From positions 874,721-938,720 of the forward strand of contig JARFXR010000001.1 of the NCBI GenBank assembly GCA_029194535.1: a DNA stretch of 64,000 bases. Direction: 5' to 3'. The translations under genes and the position numbers were made by a program. Below, one piece after another: positions 20,601 through 27,406 of this stretch (positions within the stretch are counted from its first letter, which is position 1; the number at the start of each line of letters is the position of its first letter). The notes beneath the pieces were generated by a model, which did no database searches, was not told the DNA's origin, and saw only the letters and a program-made list of their open reading frames with translations. The DNA is from Nitrospira sp. (GTDB lineage Bacteria > Nitrospirota > Nitrospiria > Nitrospirales > Nitrospiraceae).

Positions 20601-20737
20601 ATTCTCCTTATGTCAACGTACGCTGGTGGAGAAACACATTTTCTTCAGTTGCGTACACTTTTACAGTCACGATCATTGGACCGAGAGGCGTACCAGACGG
20701 CATCGTCTGCAAGCAGGCCCCGTGTTCTGATTATTGA
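17681..20737 (+). CDS. Secreted modular protein: 2x (beta-sandwich + Gln-rich coiled coil), then 2x (IPT/TIG + unknown beta domain)
   Basis: AAGGAG RBS before ATG 17681 and a signal peptide. Repeats PTFPQ.F.VQGPESDS at 17837 and 18518; IPT starts PVITKI..GQP..V.I.G.NFG and PVITSL..GQPGD.V.I.GSNFG. Confidence 0.8.
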   Translation: MRQNFQRQWTRSVLICAIVAVPWLLPGLVMSADRQAGQRQPKPGTAGQTVKLPTFPQKFDVQGPESDSYGFAVTQPGPIAVEVQAQGTPVVVTLQSAGGQPIIQRGTGLLKIFYTATPQDVQRSFLWQVQIKAWCEEDCLTAGKRPRSTGSVMVQHPPVDQAAVQKAVQAMVAQQKQPSPQEIQSAGARAAAQMDQTFQQRKAHFEQLQQQRRAALYAKIQPQVDQLRARVGITSPVRSRGLDESPEQDQGTTEGEIGTRAMPQMRGKAGPGGQPAAQMPTFPQQFTVQGPESDSFGFAVTQPGPIVVEVQSQGPAVVVTLQHLPSAPLSQSGSGQVRLNYDVTLQDIAKSALWFVRVRLAQTGPPVSGTINVQHPPADPAIVQAQTAAVAEQERASGERAAAQVEAQSRAEFQAFKAGIEQQYQQRLTAERAQNQTLLNRLQAKPGGMIRSRGLNPVITKINKSEGQPDTQVIIEGTNFGPGGEVVFQLGPNIVGTGIVEAWADTVVVAKIHPATSGLLPYQGTVAIKVGASLSNAVPFKFIAVEEPREIRFAQGQDVSLADPSILTGSKIEHPNNSFGGLNGSQGNDIFFPSKQLSNGWIVKDIRLKIDPCSYPDCRGAFVADSRVGTPLPFFNVRWGHGPFVGARYWFTLYIVGPRGVPDGIAVTGPLNPYVPPGTPPPATTASSTPPAERTPPSQPPYTPPASSQPIEMTVVPVNPALLGSSYLAPGSGSSTPNQPPAGQSGTKMAVDPKNAMNPTLQQAPPNSGASTPTQGSSSTGSGTMAPPQQPGSTTPVITSLSVTQGQPGDPVMINGSNFGPGLGEIHFVIANGKDVKAPVTIWSDGQIFTSVPDGSEATGLLGFNGTVYVKRTADAKMSNLVGFRFEPTLRHRDIGCSPVTPDRRIQGEHQYTFLVPCVEQNGAGDWFGAKGNDEFYLSTKLSNGWVVSLVDVKQTYKYGTSGAYTWADRAGSDSPYVNVRWWRNTFSSVAYTFTVTIIGPRGVPDGIVCKQAPCSDY

Positions 20738-20959
20738 TAACGGCGACCCTGCTGGCAAAGAGAGGCTCGTTTCCAGTGAGCGGCTTGCTGATCGCCCGCT
20801 GCTGCACCGGGTGCTTGCTCCTCAGCCGACTGGGCGCAAGAACAGGCGACGGCGTCGTCGAAAGTGGCGGCGAGGAACAGTGCAGTGTCCCGTGAATGGC
20901 GTGCCGTTAAAGTTCGATGCGATCGAGCCTGGCGGGTGGGGAGGCAGGGCAGAGACCTC

Positions 20960-22228
20960 GTGCTGGCTTGCACAAAGAATTTACTTCTGTTGATTCTGTT
21001 GCTTGCCGGATCCGTCGCGGTTGCGCAAGAACGACTGCAGTTACCGCGCTACAGCCTTGAGGTGCCAGCCGGGTGGACCTCGCAGATCGACGGTGAGCGC
21101 TGGCTGATCCATCCCGTCGGCGCCGCGAACGAGTTGGCCATTGCGCCGGTGGGGACCGGCATGGTTGTCGGGGCGACAGTCACGCGAGTGGACGCACATC
21201 GGCAGCTCTGGGCCAGCGCCTTGGGCAGTCGTCATGTGGTTCAGGCCAATCCGACGCAACAGGACAAGGATGACGAGGGACGGACCTGGACCATCGACTC
21301 GGCGGCAATCGAAGAGGGAGGCGTCGTCTATCTGCTCGTGTTGAGCGTTGTCGAAATGAATGGCCGCATGGAGGGATTTCTTGTGCTCGGGACGCCGGGC
21401 GCAGTCGAGCGGAACCAGACGGCGATCGACGCGATTCTCAACTCGGTACGCCCCCGCCCTGTCACAAGTGCTACAGCGCGGACGCGTGACAAGACGCCCG
21501 TCTTTGGCCAGCCTAGCCCGCTCGGGACACCGGGCACCGGCCGCATGGCCGGAGTCTGGACCGCGACGACCCATGAACTGCGCTACGGGCTTGGTGGGCT
21601 TGCCAACAAACCCGTGGTCTCGGAACTGATCCTGTTTGCCGACGGCGCGGCGCTGTGGGGGATGCCGGGCGAGGGGCTGCTCGGTTTCGATCGCGCGGCG
21701 CACCGCGCGCAGTGGCCCGAGCGTTGGGGGACCTACCAGCTCAATAATAAGCGGCTCACAATCACCCGTGGCAAAGAAGCACGCCAGTATGTTGTGCTCC
21801 CGGATGGAGCGCTTGAGCATCGTTACACGGAAGGTGGCAAGGAGCGGACGGGCGAGCGGTTTCTTGCACGCCCCAGCCTGGATGGGATGCAGCTCGACGG
21901 CGAGGTACGGCGCAAGGACCATTGGCCGGCGCCGGGGAATACGAGTGGCATCGGCACCGTGCCGGGCTGCACGTTTCTGACGGACGGCACCTTCCGTGAT
22001 GAAAAGCTGATGTGGATTATGTTGCCGGAGCGAGCGGGCGACAGGAAGGACGCCCACGAGGCTCGCGTAGCTCCTGGTTCCGGACGCTACCGGCTCGAAC
22101 ATTGGACACTCGTGCTGGAATACGACGACGGGCGCGTGAACCAGGTCAGTTTCGTGGTCACGGACCGCGACCACCCGACCAAGGGCGCGATCCTGAATGG
22201 GTACCCGATTGAGGCCAATCCGCATTAG
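20960..22228 (+). CDS. Secreted hypothetical protein
   Basis: Long ORF with signal peptide LLLLILLLAGSVAVAQ. GTG start at 20960 chosen (ORF track begins 20864). Confidence 0.7.
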   Translation: MLACTKNLLLLILLLAGSVAVAQERLQLPRYSLEVPAGWTSQIDGERWLIHPVGAANELAIAPVGTGMVVGATVTRVDAHRQLWASALGSRHVVQANPTQQDKDDEGRTWTIDSAAIEEGGVVYLLVLSVVEMNGRMEGFLVLGTPGAVERNQTAIDAILNSVRPRPVTSATARTRDKTPVFGQPSPLGTPGTGRMAGVWTATTHELRYGLGGLANKPVVSELILFADGAALWGMPGEGLLGFDRAAHRAQWPERWGTYQLNNKRLTITRGKEARQYVVLPDGALEHRYTEGGKERTGERFLARPSLDGMQLDGEVRRKDHWPAPGNTSGIGTVPGCTFLTDGTFRDEKLMWIMLPERAGDRKDAHEARVAPGSGRYRLEHWTLVLEYDDGRVNQVSFVVTDRDHPTKGAILNGYPIEANPH

Positions 22229-22428
22229 GAACTGTGTTGAACCTTCCGACTGGCCGGACGACTAACGAGCGAGTGTGCAAAGGAGAGACCTATGCGAAAC
22301 CCAACACCATGCGTGTGGCAACGTCGGTGGGTGCCTGCACGCAGGACGCGTTGACCTCGTAGGCCTTCTTGATCGACAGCGTCGGCCTAGAAGGCGTATC
22401 GGATGGGATCGTGGTGCCGTAACAGGCT

Positions 22429-22734
22429 ATGAAGCGAACGGATCGTACCATGCGACTCGCAGGAATGACCTGGATCGTGTTAGTGGCGATGTTGGCGGCG
22501 CCGCTCGGCGGGGTCGCCGGAGCATCTCCGACAGGGAGACATCCGTCATCGGCACCTCAAAAGTCGGGCGCGGAGTCATCCTTTCAAGAGAAGGCAGCCG
22601 GCAAGGCCGACGGCAAAGAGGTCCAGTCGCGCGGGCTTTTTTCAAAGAAGAAGAAAAAGAAGTTGACAGGCGGCGGGGCGGCGGCGCAGTCACAACCATC
22701 TGAGCTGACCGATCCACCCGTCATGGACCGCTAG
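22429..22734 (+). CDS. Small secreted protein with a VQSRGL motif followed by a hexa-lysine tract
   Basis: Signal peptide (WIVLVAMLAAPLGGVAGA), then KEVQSRGLFSKKKKKKL. Confidence 0.65.
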   Translation: MKRTDRTMRLAGMTWIVLVAMLAAPLGGVAGASPTGRHPSSAPQKSGAESSFQEKAAGKADGKEVQSRGLFSKKKKKKLTGGGAAAQSQPSELTDPPVMDR

Positions 22735-22778
22735 CGATCGGGAGGCCGGTTACCGTCGATACGCAAGGCAGGTCATTC

Positions 22779-23492
22779 TTGAAGTCGCCGCTGCGTAACC
22801 TTCCTCTTGTCGGGCCGATAGAAGCCCGGTACGACCGGCAGAGCGCGTTTTCCTACGCCTGTCGCGCCTGCTGCCGCTGTTGCCACGATAAGATCATTCA
22901 CCTCAATCCGTATGAAGTCGGCCGGCTGGCCATGAACCGAGGGATCACGACGACCGAGTTTCTGTCCCGCCACACGGAATCCAACGGCACGTCGCTCCGA
23001 CGGGACGAGGAGGGTGCTTGCGTGTTTCTGGCTCCTCAGGGATGCGCCGTGCACGCCGATCGCCCCTTGGTCTGCCGACTCTATCCGCTGGGACGACGGG
23101 TGACGGCAGAGGGAGCGGAGCGGTTTCATGAGCTGATCCCTCATCCACAGACCGAAGGGGAATACGGGACGAGCGGAACGGTCGACGCGTTCCTGTCGCG
23201 GCAAGGAGCGCACCCGTTCATCGAAGCGGTCGACCGGTACATCGAGCTGGTCGCGCGCATGGCCGCCGCCTTGGTCGCCAAAACAGGCGGCGCCGGCGGA
23301 TCTCAGCGCGAGGTTGGTGATGTCATGAGCCAGTTGGCAAGCAGCGATGGGAAAGACATTCCCGACTGGCTGGATATGGACCTGGTCGTCGGCCGGTATT
23401 GCGAGCAGAACGGGCTGATCGGGCCGACACAGGTGGAACAGAAGTTGGCGCTGCACATCCAGGCTATCGTAGCCTGGATGGAAGCCGTCTAA
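22779..23492 (+). CDS. YkgJ/FliB-like CxxCxxCC Fe-S/Zn-cluster protein
   Basis: CRACCRCC, CVFL, C.VHADRPLVCRLYP; TTG start. Confidence 0.82.
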   Translation: MKSPLRNLPLVGPIEARYDRQSAFSYACRACCRCCHDKIIHLNPYEVGRLAMNRGITTTEFLSRHTESNGTSLRRDEEGACVFLAPQGCAVHADRPLVCRLYPLGRRVTAEGAERFHELIPHPQTEGEYGTSGTVDAFLSRQGAHPFIEAVDRYIELVARMAAALVAKTGGAGGSQREVGDVMSQLASSDGKDIPDWLDMDLVVGRYCEQNGLIGPTQVEQKLALHIQAIVAWMEAV

Positions 23493-23512
23493 CATTCGAC
23501 AAGGAGGCAATC

Positions 23513-23812
23513 ATGGATCGGAAGAAGAGGGCGGAGTCCGGACAGGAACAGTCACGCCGGCTGGCAGCGGCGCTTGCCCTGTTGAGCGTCTCGGTCGGTG
23601 TGGACGTTCAGACCGCGCTGGCCTCCTCGTCGCCATCACCGATGCCGCCGGAGGGCATGTCCAGACCGGGAGCCCGGATGAAACCGGACGCCACACAGCA
23701 GAAGTTCGATAAGACGCAGCAAGAATTCGACGCTACGCAAAGGAAGCTTCCTTCTGTACAGGATAAGGATCGGGTGATGCCCGGTATGAAGCCGGCCACG
23801 CCGGTACGATAG
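23513..23812 (+). CDS. Small precursor-like peptide with a hydrophobic leader and xxxQx[KE]x heptad repeats
   Basis: Strong AAGGAGG RBS; leader LAAALALLSVSVGV; repeats DATQQKF DKTQQEF DATQRKL PSVQDKD (23687-23770). Confidence 0.7.
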   Translation: MDRKKRAESGQEQSRRLAAALALLSVSVGVDVQTALASSSPSPMPPEGMSRPGARMKPDATQQKFDKTQQEFDATQRKLPSVQDKDRVMPGMKPATPVR

Positions 23813-23863
23813 GGAACGGGAGAGAAATGTGTCAGGACAGAAAGGAACGTTCACACAAATCTA

Positions 23864-23879
23864 CGTGAAATTATTCACA
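23864..23879. promoter_or_regulatory. CRP-like box CGTGA-N6-TCACA
   Basis: cgtgaaattattcaca, 54 bp upstream of ATG 23934 in an AT-rich spacer. Confidence 0.45.
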
Positions 23880-23933
23880 GGCTGGATGAGTGAAGGGGTA
23901 TGAAGACATGAGCGGTTCACAGGGGGGTGACCG

Positions 23934-25610
23934 ATGAAAAGCCTATGCAAGGGTGAACGGAAGAGAATAGGTTGGACCTGTGCGATGCTCGCAGCGGTCG
24001 GTATGCTGGCAGCCTGCTCATCGGCTGAGAATGTCTCGCAAACGGGCGAAGGCGGCATCGAGAGCAGAGGGGTTGGTCAGATGCAGAGGCCAGGGAAGGC
24101 GGGGATGCAACCGCCATCGAGCGGGATCGGCCAAGCCAACGCACAATTGCCGACCTTCCCGCAAAAGTTCGAAGTGCAAGGACCGGAATCGGACTCGTTC
24201 GGCTTCGCCGTGACGCAGCCTGGGTCGATTATTGTCGAAGTCCAAGGTCAGGGCGCGCCGGTTCTCGTGACATTGGAATCCCCTGGCGGCCAGTCGATCA
24301 CGAAGCAGGCTACGGGTAGTCTCCGGATGACCTACAACGTCACCTCGCAAGACGTCCAACGGAATCTCTTTTGGGCCATACAGATTCGCCTGGCTCAACC
24401 GATGCCACCGCAGCAGGGAGGCCGGGCTACGGGAACCGTGAATGTCCAGCATCCGCCAGCTAATTCATCGCAGGTCCGATCAGCGTTGGCCGCCCAGCAA
24501 CAGGCCGTGCAACAGCAAGCGGCCCAGCAACAAGCACAGGCACAACAGGTAGAGGCGCAAGCAATAGCTCAGGCGGATCAGGCATTCCAACAGCGTAAAG
24601 TGCAGTTTCAACAGCAGCTGGCAAGTCGACGGGCAGCCATGATCGCGCAGATCCAACCCCAGCTTAGTCAACTACAGAATCCGATGGGTGGGCAAGTGCG
24701 GCATCGGGGTGTTGAGGGGACCAGTCCAGCAGCCGACGATCCCGCGAGCGATGTCACTGACGAAATTGGGACTCGTGCGCTCAAACCCGCTGGTGGCTTA
24801 AAGGAAGCTGCAATCGGTGTACGGCCCCCGGTGATGTCCGCGATGCAAGAGCCTGTCAGTTCGCAACAGGCACTCGGTTCGGCCGGATCCGGTCCGCCTC
24901 CGCAGCAGGTGATGCCCAATCCGACAATCAACTCGTTGAGTGTGGGTGGACTTGGTCAACCGAGTGATCAGGTCATCATTAACGGGAGCGGATTTGGCAC
25001 CAACGGGGGAGAGGTGCATTTCATCCTCGGTCCGAATAAAGATGTTACCTATACAGGCCAGGCTTGGTGGTACGACAACCAAATCCTGGTCCATGTGCCG
25101 GACGAAGACAAGTTACGAGCCTACAACGGCTTCGTGTACGTGGTAAGAAATCCGGACAAGACCAAGTCCTCGCTCACGCCGTTTCATTTTGAACCGGCGG
25201 TAGATTTTAGGACGATCATCTATACACAAGATAGGAACATCGGGCAGCCGGGAGCTGATTACAAGATCATCGGTGGGAATAGTAATCTCGGCCATCAGGA
25301 AATACGGCACGGGAATGACAATCCCTTCGTCGGTTACAAGGGGAACGATGAATTTTTCACCAATGCGAGGCTGGCAAATGACTGGGTTCTCGACGAGGTG
25401 TTCCTCACGCCGACCCGCTTTAAGCGGGGAGGAGCATATTTTCAGGAGAAGAAGCTCGGAAGCAACTGGCCCTATTTTAATGTGAGATTCTGGGTGGATG
25501 GCTGTTTTGGAGATACGGAGTCATTCAGCAAATACATTTACATCGTTTCAATCAGAGGGCCCAAGGGTGTCCCCGATGGTCTCGTCTGCACTCAGGCGCC
25601 TTGCCCGTAA
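23934..25610 (+). CDS. Lipoprotein paralog of 17681-20737 with one copy of each module
   Basis: Lipobox LAAC; PTFPQKFEVQGPESDS at 24150; Gln-rich coil; IPT/TIG; C-terminal GPKGVPDGLVCTQAPCP. Confidence 0.82.
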   Translation: MKSLCKGERKRIGWTCAMLAAVGMLAACSSAENVSQTGEGGIESRGVGQMQRPGKAGMQPPSSGIGQANAQLPTFPQKFEVQGPESDSFGFAVTQPGSIIVEVQGQGAPVLVTLESPGGQSITKQATGSLRMTYNVTSQDVQRNLFWAIQIRLAQPMPPQQGGRATGTVNVQHPPANSSQVRSALAAQQQAVQQQAAQQQAQAQQVEAQAIAQADQAFQQRKVQFQQQLASRRAAMIAQIQPQLSQLQNPMGGQVRHRGVEGTSPAADDPASDVTDEIGTRALKPAGGLKEAAIGVRPPVMSAMQEPVSSQQALGSAGSGPPPQQVMPNPTINSLSVGGLGQPSDQVIINGSGFGTNGGEVHFILGPNKDVTYTGQAWWYDNQILVHVPDEDKLRAYNGFVYVVRNPDKTKSSLTPFHFEPAVDFRTIIYTQDRNIGQPGADYKIIGGNSNLGHQEIRHGNDNPFVGYKGNDEFFTNARLANDWVLDEVFLTPTRFKRGGAYFQEKKLGSNWPYFNVRFWVDGCFGDTESFSKYIYIVSIRGPKGVPDGLVCTQAPCP

Positions 25611-25611
25611 C

Positions 25612-25765
25612 TAGAACCTATCTCACAATGGGTGTTCCGGTCAGAACTGGTCATGCCCGCGAAAGCGGGCATCCAGAATGACCTGAAAAGGCTGGATTCC
25701 CGCCTGCGCGGGAATGACGACCACAGATCCCATCCCATCATGAATGAAATTTGAGATAGGTTCTA
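25612..25765. mobile_element. MITE family B (154 bp), copy 1
   Basis: 14-bp perfect terminal inverted repeats TAGAACCTATCTCA and an internal palindrome doublet. Inverted copy at 41871-42024 with about 4 mismatches. Confidence 0.88.
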
Positions 25766-25796
25766 ATTACATATTGGAGCAGCTCAATTACTTTTC

Positions 25797-27329
25797 TCAC
25801 TGGCTGACTCGGTCCAGTAGCTGCACCCCTCGCTTGAGCACGTCGGGGCTGCCGATCAACTGCGGCACCTGATCGTTGTTGTATTCTCGTCGTGCCACCC
25901 GTTCGACTTCCGGTTTCACATAGCCGTAGAGTTCCGAGATCTCGATCCTGCCGTCTTTATTCGTATCAGCCGCACCCTGCAGACCCTTGAGGAAGAAATA
26001 GGTAAACAGGCCGTGATTTTTTTGATCATAGGTGCTGGAAATCTGTGACGCGGAGCTGGCCGTCAGCACTACGATCTTGTCGCCGGTCAGGACCGGGTTC
26101 TCCATACTGATCACGAGCGGCCGAGCGCCCTTCGCAATCACCGATCGTCCTCCGGAGCCGGAGAAGCAGGAATCGAGCACGACCAGGATCTCTCGGGCCG
26201 GCAATTTTGCCAATTGTTCGTAGAGCCGTTTCAGCGGGTACCCGGTAATTTCCAGAAAAGTCGGGTCGCCGTCATACGGAACCAGGAATCCCTCTTGAGT
26301 TGCCGGATTCGGAGCGCCGTGACCGGAGTAGTAGATCAGCAGGCTGCTATCCTTGTCCACACGGTTGGGGAGCCAGCGCTCGATATACTTTTCCAAATCG
26401 CTCTTGGCGGCCCGTTCATTGACGACCATCACGACGTTCTCGTCAGGGTAGCCCAGAGACTTCGTCAGATATTCCCTCAGAATGTACGCGTCGTGCGAGG
26501 CGAATTCGACAGCCGGCAGGCTCTGGCGATATTGCTCGATCCCGATGATGACGGCGTAGCGCGTGCTTTGTCGTTTTCCCGCCCCCGGCGGAAGAATGTC
26601 CACATCGCTTGATCGTTCCGCGCGAGTCACAGTGGTCGTCGCTCGATCGGCCGGTTTTTGGGGAACGTTTCGCGCGTACGCAACCAACTGCGGCGAGTTG
26701 GCGAGCCCCCGCCCCATCTGTTGCAGGGCGTCGATGATCGATTCACGCAGAGCGATCGTGACCGCGCGGTCCTTGTCCGCGCTGGTTTGGAACAGGGCGT
26801 CTTGGTTATGGGTCTTGGATTTGAAGGTTTCCGTGATGATCGCTTGACCCTGCCGGTCCATCACGGTCACCGGCACTGCGGCGCGCCCTTCAAAACTGTC
26901 GGTCGGACTGGTGAATATGTAGAACGGGCCGAGGAGGTAGAGGAACCTTCTGGACAAGCAATGTCCATCCGCCGCCAGCTCCAGAGCTTTGGGCTCGACC
27001 ACCACGTCATAGTGGCCGACGGCCAGCCCCTTGTCGTTGACGACATCGACGGTTTCGAACAAGGGCGAGAGGGTCTCCGCCATTCCTGTTTCGAGCTCGT
27101 TTCCGATGGGAATCTCGTAATTCCCTGCGCAAGATACGTCGTACGTGGAGACCTGATTCCGAAGCTGGTCGGGAACCACCAGCGCGGCGCTGACCGGAAA
27201 CTTCTTCATCTTCATCGAAGGAACTGAGGTGTTCAACGGGAGCTTGGTCGGCGCGCAGGCTTGGATGCCTGTCGCCAAGGCCAGAAACATAAGGGCCAGC
27301 CAAGCCCTTTCCATCCGACAGGGTTTCAT
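25797..27329 (-). CDS. Lipoprotein with C-terminal caspase-like (C14) domain
   Basis: Lipobox IQAC; YAVIIGIEQY, YYSGHG, VLDSCFSG, HGLFTYFFLKGL..D.NKDG.I...EL; RBS before ATG 27329. Confidence 0.88.
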   Translation of the reverse strand: MKPCRMERAWLALMFLALATGIQACAPTKLPLNTSVPSMKMKKFPVSAALVVPDQLRNQVSTYDVSCAGNYEIPIGNELETGMAETLSPLFETVDVVNDKGLAVGHYDVVVEPKALELAADGHCLSRRFLYLLGPFYIFTSPTDSFEGRAAVPVTVMDRQGQAIITETFKSKTHNQDALFQTSADKDRAVTIALRESIIDALQQMGRGLANSPQLVAYARNVPQKPADRATTTVTRAERSSDVDILPPGAGKRQSTRYAVIIGIEQYRQSLPAVEFASHDAYILREYLTKSLGYPDENVVMVVNERAAKSDLEKYIERWLPNRVDKDSSLLIYYSGHGAPNPATQEGFLVPYDGDPTFLEITGYPLKRLYEQLAKLPAREILVVLDSCFSGSGGRSVIAKGARPLVISMENPVLTGDKIVVLTASSASQISSTYDQKNHGLFTYFFLKGLQGAADTNKDGRIEISELYGYVKPEVERVARREYNNDQVPQLIGSPDVLKRGVQLLDRVSQ

Positions 27330-27406
27330 GTCTGCTTCCTTCTTCACGCGAGCCTCGCGACGACGATCTTCGCCACTATACAGACTGACCATCTCACGGC
27401 AACTCT

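Noticed and set aside
20731-20973. Minus-strand 80-aa ORF between secreted genes
   Set aside because: No RBS or family signal, and it opposes the operon direction.
22292-22354. 20-codon ORF after a strong AAGGAG RBS (MRNPTPCVWQRRWVPARRTR)
   Set aside because: Too short, with no recognisable features. It may be a decayed gene start but cannot be supported.
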